Shown piece by piece: positions 30,222-40,308 of a stretch of DNA of 64,000 nucleotides (position 1 is the first letter of the stretch; each line of letters opens with the position of its first letter). The DNA is from Candidatus Hadarchaeota archaeon (GTDB lineage: Archaea; Hadarchaeota; Hadarchaeia; Hadarchaeales; JAGGTB01): assembly GCA_964384105.1 (NCBI GenBank), contig CAYLJV010000002.1, forward strand, positions 100,687-164,686, read 5' to 3'. Under the pieces are notes generated by a model. The model saw only the letters and a list, made by a program, of their open reading frames with translations. It ran no database searches and had not been told where the DNA came from. The position numbers and the translations under genes are program-made.

Positions 30222-30316
30222 TCGATTAACCTCTCATTTTCCAATTACATTAGAACTTCTAAACTTAAGAAGCATAAAAACGCTAGGGTTCAAAAAGCGG
30301 AAACGCTTATTAATGA

Positions 30317-30604
30317 TTACTTGATAACCTTGAGTTCTCCATATTTCCCAGCGCTTACATGGACTTCATCTTTAAAAAGTCGAGAATATCCATTCTCGAT
30401 ATGTATCTTATCACCCACTTCTATCTTCTCAATTTCATCGTTCCATAATGATATTTTTACCTTCCCCGAGTCGTCCTCACAAACAGCCGTGGCAACTCGC
30501 CCTTTGCCCTTGTCCGTATTAAAGGAATGCGGTTCTCCCTTCTCGACGACCTTCAGGTCTAAACTAACGTTTCTCATCCCCGGTTTTACCTCACTCGCCT
30601 TCAC
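30317..30604 (-). CDS. single OB-fold ssDNA-binding protein (SSB/RPA-like)
   Basis: G.VATA...DDSG.VK.SLWN.E, GD.I.IENGY, SAGKYG; overlaps the spt5 stop. Confidence 0.85.
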   Translation of the reverse strand: MKASEVKPGMRNVSLDLKVVEKGEPHSFNTDKGKGRVATAVCEDDSGKVKISLWNDEIEKIEVGDKIHIENGYSRLFKDEVHVSAGKYGELKVIK

Positions 30605-31091
30605 TCTTCTCCCTCCCTTTTCTTTCTACAACTCTTACTTGATCTCCTCGAACGGTAACTGGAATAGGAACGGTTGCTTCGAAAAGCTCTACCGTAGCCT
30701 CCTCCTTCCCCTCCTCCACTCTTATGATCTTGGCTCGCTCACCTTTGAAAGGTCCACCGGTCAACTCTACGATATCCCCCTTCTCCATTCCACTTACGGT
30801 TAGTTTTGGCTCCATAAGATCTTCAATTTCCTTTATAGGAACCTTTCTATCGATCAACCCTTTACTATGTTTAATTCCAGATCTTGCTCTTTCTACAGCG
30901 CTTTTTCCGTTGGCTTCGACAAAAACGTACCCCCTAATTTCCTGAGGAACTAAAACAGCTTTAATTGGGAGGTTTCTGCTCCTAATACGTGACTCCATCA
31001 TCTCAGCGGTATTCTTTTCTTGCCCTATCGTAGTCCTAACGACAAATATCGAACTTTCAATCTTTTCATTTTCCGAACTCTCTTCCGGCAT
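30591..31091 (-). CDS. spt5: transcription elongation factor Spt5/NusG
   Basis: RTT.GQE, GYVFVEA, KOW motif GDIVEL..GPFKGE.A. Confidence 0.96.
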   Translation of the reverse strand: MPEESSENEKIESSIFVVRTTIGQEKNTAEMMESRIRSRNLPIKAVLVPQEIRGYVFVEANGKSAVERARSGIKHSKGLIDRKVPIKEIEDLMEPKLTVSGMEKGDIVELTGGPFKGERAKIIRVEEGKEEATVELFEATVPIPVTVRGDQVRVVERKGREKSEGE

Positions 31092-31102
31092 TTTTTACAC
31101 CT

Positions 31103-31276
31103 CTATCCAACAACGCCACCTGCAAGGTAACTAACTAAAGTTATAACAAAACCGATAACGCCAATTATAATCATTCCAATACCAGTAACCTTGGCTACAT
31201 TAAGGTACTCATCTGCCTCGGGCTTCCTAGCAACATGAAGAACTCTTTTTGCTTGGTGTATGAATTCTCTTAACAT
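31103..31276 (-). CDS. secE: protein translocase subunit SecE (Sec61-gamma)
   Basis: Not in ORF track; manual translation MLREFIHQAKRVLHVARKPEADEYLNVAKVTGIGMIIIGVIGFVITLVSYLAGGVVG* has RVL..ARKP..EY; canonical position between ftsZ and spt5. Confidence 0.95.
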   Translation of the reverse strand: MLREFIHQAKRVLHVARKPEADEYLNVAKVTGIGMIIIGVIGFVITLVSYLAGGVVG

Positions 31277-32368
31277 TTACTCCAATTGCTCCAGTCCGAG
31301 TTCCAGCTCTCCTTTTCCTCTTTTTATTCTTTCCCCTGTAGGCTCCTCTCCCGGACCTAGGACGTACGGAGAGTGAACCCCTGATAAAATTACCATTACT
31401 CTCACTGCTTTCTTCAAGTCATCTGATACCTGCGCGCCCCAGCTTATCTGGGCTTCTGGATCTAGCGCCTCAGAAACCTTACCGACTATCCTCTCAGCCT
31501 CATCCAACGACATATCCGAACTACCTGTTACATTAACGAGCGCACCACTAGCACCGGTTATGTCGACATCCAACAGAGGACTGTTGAGAGCCTCGTTGGC
31601 GGCTTCATCTGCACGGTTCTCTGAATCTGATTCTCCGATACCGATCATTGCAACTCCTCCATCCCTCAAAACGGTTCTGAGATCTGCGAAGTCGAGATTT
31701 ATCAAACCGGGCTTTGTTATCAGTTCCGTGATTCCTTTAATAGAATCCATTAAAAGCTGATCCGCAACTTTGAAGGCTGCTGGGATTGGAAGATCTGGGG
31801 CAACTTTCAGAAGTTTATCATTTGGGATAACAATTACTGTGTCAGATACTTCACGAAGTTTCCGAAGACCCATCTCGGCATTCTTACTTCTTCTTTTCCC
31901 TTCTACGCTGAAAGGTAAAGTAACCACAGCGACAGTCAAAGCCCCAAGCCTTTTTGCAACTTCGGCGACTACAGGAGCGGAACCTGTTCCAGTTCCCCCT
32001 CCAAGACCACAAGTTATGAAAACTAAATCTGCCTTATGCAAATGTTCCTTGAGCTGCTCTTCATCTTCCCTAGCTGCCTCTTCGCCCTTCGAGGGATCGT
32101 TTCCTGCACCAAGCCCACCAGTAGCTTCCCTTCCTATCAGTAGCTTGCGATCCGCAGTTGCGTAGAGTAAATCCTGTGCATCAGTATTGATTGCCAGAGT
32201 TTGAGCTCCTTCTATCCCTACTTCCATCATTCGAGAAATTGTATTCCCACCAGCACCACCACAACCTACGGCTACAATTCCAGCTCTGGCCTGCCTTAAA
32301 GCCTCTTCAAGATCTTCATCGTCTGGACCTAATATTGATTCGTAATCTTCTGCTTCAGACTCTACCAT
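31277..32368 (-). CDS. ftsZ: cell division protein FtsZ (FtsZ1 locus)
   Basis: GCGGAGGN, NTDAQ, GLGGGTGTG, PF..EG..R, NLDFAD. Confidence 0.98.
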   Translation of the reverse strand: MVESEAEDYESILGPDDEDLEEALRQARAGIVAVGCGGAGGNTISRMMEVGIEGAQTLAINTDAQDLLYATADRKLLIGREATGGLGAGNDPSKGEEAAREDEEQLKEHLHKADLVFITCGLGGGTGTGSAPVVAEVAKRLGALTVAVVTLPFSVEGKRRSKNAEMGLRKLREVSDTVIVIPNDKLLKVAPDLPIPAAFKVADQLLMDSIKGITELITKPGLINLDFADLRTVLRDGGVAMIGIGESDSENRADEAANEALNSPLLDVDITGASGALVNVTGSSDMSLDEAERIVGKVSEALDPEAQISWGAQVSDDLKKAVRVMVILSGVHSPYVLGPGEEPTGERIKRGKGELELGLEQLE

Positions 32369-32587
32369 TTATACCCTCTATATACTTTCATTGCTCATTT
32401 ATAGATAATTCGTTAAAAGCTTTGCTTTATTAAATGGCTACTTCAAGATGAAACACTTGATAGAATATAAAATTATTCCATAAATCGGAGTTAGCCGATT
32501 CAATATATGAAATCAGAGTTCATTTCTCAACGAGCTCAGAAAAGAGAGAAGATATTTAATTTTTGGAACAAATCAAGAGGAAAAATA

Positions 32588-32663
32588 TGGTGGGCCCGGA
32601 GGGATTCGAACCCTCGGCCTCCACCATGTCAAGGTGGCGTCATAGCCACTAGACTACGGGCCC
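32588..32663 (-). tRNA. tRNA-Val(GAC)
   Basis: Reverse complement GGGCCCG...CCACC-TTGACAT-GGTGG...GGTTCGAATCC...CGGGCCC-ACCA. Confidence 0.96.
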
Positions 32664-32847
32664 TCGTAGACAAAGACACATACTCAATCTCTATCTAAAT
32701 CTTTTCGTAACTTCAATTATCTTCTGGAGTCCTTAAAAGATTCCGTTCATTGAACACAAAAATTTTTTGTAAAAAATTTTATCTCAAAAATCAAAATGGC
32801 TAAAGCGCGATTTTAAATTAAAAGTTTATTATTTTTAATCGGATACT

Positions 32848-34059
32848 ATGGGGACAATCTTCACAATACTCTTCATTCTGGGGTCAGTTTGGGTAGTCAG
32901 ACTGATTTTCGAAAAGTTGGGCCTACCGTTCGTTTTGGGTGAACTACTTGCAGGAATGATAATAGGTCCCGCCGCTCTAGGACTGGTTGGACCACCAGGA
33001 TCGCTCTTTGAATGGACTTCTTCTATGGACATACTTGCCGAGCTGGGTATGTTTTTCATAATGTTCTATGCAGGTTTGACAACTGATCCAAAAGAACTGA
33101 AAGAAAAAACCAAGGCGTTCCTCGGAGTTGGAATATTAGGCACTATAGCCCCACTAATACTCGTCTTCTCAGTCACCTGGCTTTTCACAGGTAACTTCTG
33201 GATCTCTCTTCTCATAGGACTGGCACTCTCTGGAACTTCCTTGGCTACTAAAACAAGAATACTCGATGACTTGAACATTCTCGGAAGCAAAATGGGGCAG
33301 ATAATGATGGGTGGAGGAATGGTAGATAATATTTTTTCCTTTATTATACTCACGGTCGCACTCAAAGCAATTATTCAAGGGAGTGTAGGCTTTCTCGACG
33401 TCATAATTACAATATTCATGGCATTTGCATTCTTCTTAGGGGTGCTCTTCCTCGGCTACTACGTATATCCGATACTCGGAGTATTCATAGGAAGGCCGGG
33501 AAGAGGATTCACTTTTGCTTTGATCATGGGGCTACTAATAGCCGGATTGGGACAACTTATCGGATTTCATCTCATAATAGGGGCCTATCTCGCAGGTTTG
33601 TTTGTCAGGGAAGAGATTTTACCACCTTCTTCACCTATCGATGAACTCATAATGGGTAGACCCCTCGGAAATCTAGATCGACAATTCCAAACACTAAGCC
33701 ATGGCTTTCTGGGACCCATATTCATAGTGAGTGTGGCATACCATGTTGATTTTGCAATACTGACAACATCTACACTATTCCTGATAGGCTTGATAGCAGC
33801 GGCGGTAGCTGGAAAAGTCATAGGCGCCGGCGGAGGGGCCCTGCTCTCTGGATTAAATAAAAAGGAATCGATTGTAATCGGATTAGGAATGAATGAAAGA
33901 GGAACTGTAGAGCTTATTCTAGCAGCTGTTGGCTTAGAGATAGGAATACTGACAGAGACACACCTTTCACTGCTCGTTTTTACTGCTTTCGTGACGACGC
34001 TCATGGTTCCCACAGCACTAAAGTATCTCACGTTTCAAGAAGATCTTTCTGAAAACTAA
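32848..34059 (+). CDS. cation:proton antiporter (CPA2/NapA-like)
   Basis: P..LGELLAG.IIGP, ELG.FF.MF.AGL, GAYLAGL, PIF, GKVIG, RG.VELI; about 12 TM. Confidence 0.88.
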   Translation: MGTIFTILFILGSVWVVRLIFEKLGLPFVLGELLAGMIIGPAALGLVGPPGSLFEWTSSMDILAELGMFFIMFYAGLTTDPKELKEKTKAFLGVGILGTIAPLILVFSVTWLFTGNFWISLLIGLALSGTSLATKTRILDDLNILGSKMGQIMMGGGMVDNIFSFIILTVALKAIIQGSVGFLDVIITIFMAFAFFLGVLFLGYYVYPILGVFIGRPGRGFTFALIMGLLIAGLGQLIGFHLIIGAYLAGLFVREEILPPSSPIDELIMGRPLGNLDRQFQTLSHGFLGPIFIVSVAYHVDFAILTTSTLFLIGLIAAAVAGKVIGAGGGALLSGLNKKESIVIGLGMNERGTVELILAAVGLEIGILTETHLSLLVFTAFVTTLMVPTALKYLTFQEDLSEN

Positions 34060-34192
34060 CACTTGAAGAATAAAATAGTAAATACAATATTTTTTGTTAT
34101 GGATGTAACAAAAAGTTCTGAAATCAGGATAAAATAAAAATTAACAGACTATATCCTAAACAGAAAAGTCCATCCACTAACACTTCGTAAAG

Positions 34193-34265
34193 TGGACCGG
34201 GTGGGATTTGAACCCACGACCTTCCGCATGCCAAGCGGACGTTCATACCCCTGAACTACCGGCCC
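34193..34265 (-). tRNA. tRNA-Ala(GGC)
   Basis: GGGCCGG/CCGGTCC acceptor stem with G3:U70, TCCGC-TTGGCAT-GCGGA anticodon arm; CCA not encoded. Confidence 0.95.
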
Positions 34266-34323
34266 TCGAAAAGAAGATATTAGCAGCTTCTTTAAGTTTC
34301 TAACGATTACCATTAAGAACTAT

Positions 34324-34482
34324 CTATTTGTTCCAGTTATATTGCCTTCTCTTCTTGGATCTGCCATAGCCGCAAGAGGCACAAACTCCCTTCTTTACAT
34401 TAAAGGATCTATTTCCACAGCGTCTGCACCTGACGTGGACTGTTTTTTTCTGCTTGCCTTTAGCAGCCGTTCCTTTCGTCAT
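34324..34482 (-). CDS. rpl37e: ribosomal protein eL37
   Basis: Not in ORF track; [52 protein letters not shown]; canonical position after SmAP. Confidence 0.96.
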   Translation of the reverse strand: MTKGTAAKGKQKKTVHVRCRRCGNRSFNVKKGVCASCGYGRSKKRRQYNWNK

Positions 34483-34489
34483 TCAAAGT

Positions 34490-34720
34490 TCACCTTGCTG
34501 GAGAGATGAAAACCACGTTGTCTCCACGAATTATCATCATACCAAAACGTTTACTGGCTTCATCGCTCTGAATTTTCTCCGCTTCATCCAGAACAAGGTT
34601 CACGTGAGTATCGTAGGAAACCAGCTTTCCTCTAAATTCGTGTCCACCTTTAAGTCCAACAAGTACTGTGGAACCTATCGCTTTATTTAATGTATCCAAT
34701 GGTCTTCTTTCAGATGTCAT
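34490..34720 (-). CDS. Sm-like archaeal protein (SmAP/Lsm)
   Basis: RPLD.L, LKGG..F.G.L.SYD.HVNLVL..AE, IRGDNVVFISP; ATG at 34720. Confidence 0.95.
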   Translation of the reverse strand: MTSERRPLDTLNKAIGSTVLVGLKGGHEFRGKLVSYDTHVNLVLDEAEKIQSDEASKRFGMMIIRGDNVVFISPAR

Positions 34721-34777
34721 AGTGTTCAACCGGCAATTAACCAGCTTTCTATTTAAGAATAACGTACGTAATAAAAC

Positions 34778-35266
34778 TTGATGGCAATGAAAAAGAGGCA
34801 TTCTATAAGAGATTCAGACATAAGGAAGCTTTTAGAAACCCTAAAACCGAAATTCGGGAACAGCGTAGAAGTTCTATTTGAAGGAAAGGCGGAAAAAGCC
34901 GAACTCGAAAATGGAAAAACCGTATTACTGTCAGATGAAAAACCTGTTTTTATAGAAAAGAACGGTGAGTATATCCCCATAGTACTTCACGCCAATAAAA
35001 TTAGGCTAAAAAGAATAACCGTGGACATGGGAGCCGTGAGTCCGATCTCGGACGGAGCAGATATCATGGCACCGGGGATAGTAAAAGCAGATAAGGACAT
35101 AGAAAAGGGTGACATAGTAGGTATAGAGGACGAAAAAAATCAGAAGATCTTCGCAATAGGGAAAGCCTTAGAAGGAGGAGCTTCACTTAATAAAAAGAGG
35201 GGAAAAGTAGTAAAGAACCTGCACCACGTAGGAGATAAATTTTGGGATTTACTTAAAAACCTGTAG
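34778..35266 (+). CDS. pre-PUA/PUA domain RNA-binding protein (MCT-1-like)
   Basis: VDMGAV..I..GADIMAPGI, G.VV.NLHHVGD..W. Confidence 0.9.
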   Translation: MMAMKKRHSIRDSDIRKLLETLKPKFGNSVEVLFEGKAEKAELENGKTVLLSDEKPVFIEKNGEYIPIVLHANKIRLKRITVDMGAVSPISDGADIMAPGIVKADKDIEKGDIVGIEDEKNQKIFAIGKALEGGASLNKKRGKVVKNLHHVGDKFWDLLKNL

Positions 35267-35312
35267 GGAAAAGTTAAATAGATTAGAAAAGCACTTGCTT
35301 TCAAGGGAAAAA

Positions 35313-35702
35313 ATGGATACTTTAAAAAATATATTTGCAAAGAAAAAAAGCACCTCGAAAGACGAGGCGACTACAGAAAGCGGTTACGACGTCCCAATAA
35401 TAGAGGTCTCAGAAACCAGGGCCTCCAAGAGAATTGGTGAAATAGAGCCGATTCTGGTAAAAAGTATGGATTTAAACAGTCTCGTGGACGTACAAGAAGT
35501 TTCAGCGGAACTTAGAGAAGGAAACATAATCATACTAAATATATCACCGCTTATGGAAGAAGACCCGGGAGAACTCAAAAGAGCAATAGACCAGTTGAAA
35601 AACGTTACAAATGAAGTCGGAGGAGACGTAGGTCGGTTATCAGAAACTCGAATAATCGCAACTCCAAAGCTAGTAAAGATCCAGTTTAGAAGAAAGGGCT
35701 AA
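35313..35702 (+). CDS. sepF: cell division protein SepF (archaeal)
   Basis: L..GNIIILNI.PL, LKRAID.LK....GGD, II.TP..VKI; ATG at 35313. Confidence 0.85.
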   Translation: MDTLKNIFAKKKSTSKDEATTESGYDVPIIEVSETRASKRIGEIEPILVKSMDLNSLVDVQEVSAELREGNIIILNISPLMEEDPGELKRAIDQLKNVTNEVGGDVGRLSETRIIATPKLVKIQFRRKG

Positions 35703-35794
35703 AAGAAAAAGCCGCATTAAAACCTATTTTTGGCTAATCGCTTCTATTATTACGCAATGCTAAAATTAAATCCAGAGAATATTATACCTAATAT

Positions 35795-37705
35795 TTAGTG
35801 CAATCGAGTAGTCTCAAGATTCTTTGGCGAACTCGTTTTTATCTTAAATAGCTTGTGCAGAGACCTGCAGAGATCCACACACCTTCGTTTATCCCCATGG
35901 ACACATAGTATACGTCTTGGTTTTGGAGAAGAGCTCCTGACAAAATCCACAAGTTGAGCCCTATCTGAATGGGCACTGAAACCTTCCACAGTCTCGATAT
36001 CCATATTCACTTTTACAACATCTTTCTTTCCATTATCATTTCTCATTGGCACCTCTCTCCAGCCCTTTTGTATTCTCCGACCCAAAGAGCCTTCACACTG
36101 ATAACCAACAAATACTAGCGAATTATCTGGATCAGGCGCCAATCTTCTAAAGTAATCTAGGACCGGTCCTCCAGCCATCATACCGGCAGTTGAAAGTATT
36201 ACTGACGGACCACCACTCATTACTTTCTCTCTTTTTTCGACACTTTTTACTTTCTCAAATATATCTGATAAGAAAGGATTCAGATCCTGATGGAGAATCT
36301 TATTTTGTAAATCTTTCGACAGATATTCCGGATAGGCCGTATGAATACTAGTAGCCTCCCAAATCATTCCATCGAGATAAACCGGCAAATCATCGAAGAC
36401 TCCATTCCTATTGTAATCTTCTAGCAACAACATTATCTCTTGGGCCCGCCCAACAGCAAAGGCAGGAACCAGGACTTTACCCCCTCTTTTGATAGTCCTC
36501 TTAACAATATCCAAGAACTGTTTCTCCGAATCTTTTCGAGACGGTTGCATACTATCTGAACCACCGTAGGTGCTCTCCATTATCAGAGCCTCCAAACGAG
36601 GGTAATTGTGATTTGCAGGAGATAGTAGTCTAGACTTTTCGAATTTCAAATCGCCCGTATACACAATGTTGTAAAGACCCTCGCCGATGTGGAGATGCGC
36701 AAGAGCGGATCCTAAAATGTGACCTGAATTATGCAGAGTCAACCTGACATCCGGACAGATATCCGTAACATCCCCATAATCCAGCGGGATAGCGTGCTTC
36801 ACGAATTCTTTGACATCTTTTTTGGTATAGGGTATATCCTTTCCCTCATTCCTCGCGATATCAACGTAATCAAACTGCAGTAAAACAGCTAGATCTCTGG
36901 TTGGAGTAGTACAGTAAACTGGACCATCGTAACCGTACCTGTAGAGATAGGGTATAAAACCGGAATGATCCAAGTGAGCGTGAGTTACAATAACCGCATC
37001 GAGTTCGTGTAATCTAACCTCAGGCGCATCTATATACGGGTAAGCATCACGGCCCTCAGCTGCCACATTTACTCCACAATCCAGAAGAATCTTGCTTTCA
37101 GGAGTTTGAAGTAGATTAGCAGAACGACCTACTTCCCTTGAACCTCCCAAAGAAGTAAATCTTATCCAATCCTCCTCGCTTTTTGATTCTCTATGGATCC
37201 GCTCACCAATCCGCCTAAGTATCTCCTGCCTCTCCTTAGACTCCAAGATCATAGATCTTCTAATATCGTTCACTATCTCTGACTTGATCGGAGGCGCACG
37301 GACTACCCGAGGAGTCCAACGGACCTCTTTCAGGATCTTACGGAGTAGACTTCCGCCCTTACCAATAACAAGTCCCGGCTTCTCGGCCTCTATAATTACT
37401 TCACCGATAGTGGGAACAAAAATCAGATCTTCTATATTAGCCTCTTCCGGCACTAATTTTTTTATCTTCTTTTTAGCCTCCTCCGGTGGAAGCCTTATCG
37501 ACGAAGCCGGACGGAGAGTGATACGTTTCTGGATCTTTTTAGCTAAATTTTTAACTAAACGTCCATCCTCAACTAGAGGCTTCAGATCATCGCAATAAAT
37601 CACTACTTTTGGTCCTTCAAAGTCTACACTAGTAACTGATCCAGCAAATGGAGTGTCCTCTTTTATAACTTCTTTTATCTCTTCAATTACGTCTTCAGTC
37701 GACAT
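35795..37705 (-). CDS. aCPSF1 / FttA beta-CASP ribonuclease with KH domains
   Basis: KPGLVIGKGG (KH), HAHLDH, GHILGS, ESTYG, PAFAVGR.QE, FSAHSD; next to psmB. Confidence 0.96.
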   Translation of the reverse strand: MSTEDVIEEIKEVIKEDTPFAGSVTSVDFEGPKVVIYCDDLKPLVEDGRLVKNLAKKIQKRITLRPASSIRLPPEEAKKKIKKLVPEEANIEDLIFVPTIGEVIIEAEKPGLVIGKGGSLLRKILKEVRWTPRVVRAPPIKSEIVNDIRRSMILESKERQEILRRIGERIHRESKSEEDWIRFTSLGGSREVGRSANLLQTPESKILLDCGVNVAAEGRDAYPYIDAPEVRLHELDAVIVTHAHLDHSGFIPYLYRYGYDGPVYCTTPTRDLAVLLQFDYVDIARNEGKDIPYTKKDVKEFVKHAIPLDYGDVTDICPDVRLTLHNSGHILGSALAHLHIGEGLYNIVYTGDLKFEKSRLLSPANHNYPRLEALIMESTYGGSDSMQPSRKDSEKQFLDIVKRTIKRGGKVLVPAFAVGRAQEIMLLLEDYNRNGVFDDLPVYLDGMIWEATSIHTAYPEYLSKDLQNKILHQDLNPFLSDIFEKVKSVEKREKVMSGGPSVILSTAGMMAGGPVLDYFRRLAPDPDNSLVFVGYQCEGSLGRRIQKGWREVPMRNDNGKKDVVKVNMDIETVEGFSAHSDRAQLVDFVRSSSPKPRRILCVHGDKRRCVDLCRSLHKLFKIKTSSPKNLETTRLH

Positions 37706-37731
37706 GCGAAACAGCCTTTTGTGTTAATCAA

Positions 37732-38361
37732 TCAATTTTCGATTATTTCCTTAATCTCTTCAGGAGACAATTCTTGATAGCCATCCTCGGTGATTTTGGC
37801 TATTGTTATTCCATTTCCAGTACCTATATCTCGTTCTATGGCAGACTGGAGAGCTTTTATCACCAATGGTACCGCCTCGTCCACGGTCATATTTTCCCTA
37901 TACTCGGACTCTAAAAGTCCATAAGCCATAGGAGAACCTGAACCTGTGGATAACATAGTCTCTTCTATCAGGGACCCATCCATATTAAGCAGATAGAGAT
38001 TTGGCCCCGTCTCGTCCATTCCCGCCATAATAAGCACAGCCAGATACGGAAAGATTCGCGAAGAAGAAAACATGTTCGAAGCTATCTTGGCGGCAGCTCT
38101 AACTCTAATCGGGTATCCTTCTTTTCTAAGATAATATTTTGTCTCGGCCCTCAGCATTCTAACCAATTTTTGGGTATCGCCAACACTACCCGCTACAGTT
38201 ACTCCTATCCGATCCGTGATCTTATACAATTTTTGAGCAGTTTTACTCGCAATCTCGTAACCTGCAGTTGCTCTTTTATCGGTACCTAAGACTACCCCAT
38301 TCTTGCAAACCAAACCAACAGTGGTAGTACCCTTAAGATACTCTATTTGTTCTTTCTCCAA
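37732..38361 (-). CDS. psmB: proteasome beta subunit
   Basis: KG|TTTVG propeptide cleavage site, DKRAT, AGSVGD, TGSGS, RD..TG; probable TTG start at 38361. Confidence 0.95.
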   Translation of the reverse strand: MEKEQIEYLKGTTTVGLVCKNGVVLGTDKRATAGYEIASKTAQKLYKITDRIGVTVAGSVGDTQKLVRMLRAETKYYLRKEGYPIRVRAAAKIASNMFSSSRIFPYLAVLIMAGMDETGPNLYLLNMDGSLIEETMLSTGSGSPMAYGLLESEYRENMTVDEAVPLVIKALQSAIERDIGTGNGITIAKITEDGYQELSPEEIKEIIEN

Positions 38362-38526
38362 TGTAAAAACCTCAAGGCTAAAAATGTCCCAAAAGGACAT
38401 TGGAAACTTCTTTTAAACTCCTATATAAAACTCTCGGAAGCTCGCAACTTAACCATTTCAACCAAGGTTTCTTATGGCCTACTAAGTTTTATGTCTAAAC
38501 AGTTTAAAAATTGAAGCGGCCTTAAC

Positions 38527-39573
38527 ATGAAAAAAGCGAAAAGAATGGAACTCCCCCGAGAGGTGTGGATGGGTCCAAGAGTTATAGAAAAAGTGTCCAA
38601 GACCTGTAAAAGCCTTTCTTTGGGAAAAAAAGCACACATAGTCTCAGGTAAAAAGACCTACCAGATAGCCGGAAAAAAGATAGAGGAATTTTTATCTGAA
38701 TCCGACTTCAAAATAGGGCACTCAATCATAAAGGACGCAGATATGGAAACGATGAAGAAACTGAAAGAAGAAATAGGGGACAGTTCCGACTTTTTATTGG
38801 GAGTTGGGGGTGGAACTTGTATAGACGCCGCTAAATTTGTCTCCTTTAAGCTAAAAATACCTTTTATAAGCGTCCCAACAGCAGCAGCACACGACGGCAT
38901 ATCCTCCTCCCGAGCATCAATAAAAGGAGAGAAAAAATCTACTTCTATTCAGGCTCAGGCTCCAATAGCTATCCTCGCGGACACCCTTGTGATAAGAGAT
39001 TCCCCATACAAACTGACCGCCGCGGGTTGTGGAGACATGATCGCAAATTACACGGCCGTCTTAGATTGGAAACTTGCCCATAAGGAGAAAGGAGAGCCCA
39101 TAAGCGAGTATGCGGCAGCACTTTCCAAAATGAGTGCAAAACTCATAGTAAAAAATGCCAGTGAAATAATGGAAGGAAACGAGGAAAGCTCTCGAAAGAT
39201 AGTAAAAGCCCTGATCAGTAGCGGGGTTGCCATGAGCATAGCCGGAAGCAGTAGACCTGCTAGCGGTTCGGAACACCTGTTCAGCCACGCACTTGATCAA
39301 CTGGCACCACAATCTGCGCTACACGGGGAACAATGCGGAGTCGGATCGATAATGGCGATGTATTTGCACGGAAAGGACTGGAAATCTGTGAAAAAAGCCC
39401 TAAAAAATGTAGGCGCTCCCACAAATTCACGAGAACTAGGTATAGAACCTAAATACATAATCGAATCCTTAGAAACGGCCCATGAAATCCGGCCAGATAG
39501 ATACACGATATTGGGAGACGGGATAGGAAGAAAAAAAGCGGAAAAAGTAGCCAGAGAAACTGAAGTTATCTAA
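38527..39573 (+). CDS. egsA: sn-glycerol-1-phosphate dehydrogenase
   Basis: GVGGG..ID.AK, VPTAAAHDG, SSRPASGSEHLFSHALD, LHGEQ.G. Confidence 0.97.
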   Translation: MKKAKRMELPREVWMGPRVIEKVSKTCKSLSLGKKAHIVSGKKTYQIAGKKIEEFLSESDFKIGHSIIKDADMETMKKLKEEIGDSSDFLLGVGGGTCIDAAKFVSFKLKIPFISVPTAAAHDGISSSRASIKGEKKSTSIQAQAPIAILADTLVIRDSPYKLTAAGCGDMIANYTAVLDWKLAHKEKGEPISEYAAALSKMSAKLIVKNASEIMEGNEESSRKIVKALISSGVAMSIAGSSRPASGSEHLFSHALDQLAPQSALHGEQCGVGSIMAMYLHGKDWKSVKKALKNVGAPTNSRELGIEPKYIIESLETAHEIRPDRYTILGDGIGRKKAEKVARETEVI

Positions 39574-39586
39574 ATCTTTCTCAACC

Positions 39587-40249
39587 CTATTCATCCCTTA
39601 CATCCAAAAGGTTAATCTCGAACTCGTTATTTTCATAGATAAATTCTGCAGCATAACCTTCGCTGATAGGACCCGCGTTCACAACAGTAGTTCGACCAAA
39701 ATTTTCTATTCCTCTGGCCTCATGAATATGTGCACAGAAATTTATGAGGGGTTTTCTCTCAGAGACGATTCTCCAGACACTTTTGCTTCCAGCATGGATA
39801 TTATCAGAGGTCAAATCTGATTGGGTTCCATAAGGGGGAACATGTGTCACCAGAATCCATCCGCCCTCAACTTGTCCCGTTAAAGAGTCTAACTCGTTCC
39901 AGATCTCTGATTCGGTGAGCTCAAAAGGAGTGCTAAATGGAGTTTTGTTCGATCCACCAAGTCCAACGAAAGTTAGACCGTTAAAATTTCTTATTTTGGA
40001 ATGAAGATTAATATCACGACTTTCTAAAACCTCTACAATTCCTTTAGGATCACAGTTTCCGGGAATAGAAAAAATAGGTACGTTGGCCTTATCAATTCTA
40101 TTAAACAGTTCATCAGCTTGGCAAGGAGCTCCAAGCTGGGTAAGATCACCAAGAATAACCAAAAGATCGTATCCGTTTTCTAGAAAATTTTCTAGGTTAC
40201 TGCCAGAACAGGACTTTCCATGAAAATCGGAAGCAACTAAAACTCTCAA
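39587..40249 (-). CDS. Icc-like calcineurin-fold metallophosphoesterase
   Basis: SDFHG, GDLT, PGNCD, H.PPYG, HAGS, HIHE. Confidence 0.88.
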   Translation of the reverse strand: MRVLVASDFHGKSCSGSNLENFLENGYDLLVILGDLTQLGAPCQADELFNRIDKANVPIFSIPGNCDPKGIVEVLESRDINLHSKIRNFNGLTFVGLGGSNKTPFSTPFELTESEIWNELDSLTGQVEGGWILVTHVPPYGTQSDLTSDNIHAGSKSVWRIVSERKPLINFCAHIHEARGIENFGRTTVVNAGPISEGYAAEFIYENNEFEINLLDVRDE

Positions 40250-40308
40250 GCTCTCCCCTTGTTTGATAGATATTATTAATAATTAAAGATAAGGTAAACC
40301 GCAAAAAA

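Noticed and set aside
32507-32698. 63-aa ORF (WWARRDSNPRPPPCQGG) as a possible int(N) fragment
   Set aside because: It is the antisense reading of tRNA-Val; no second att copy or integrase was found nearby.
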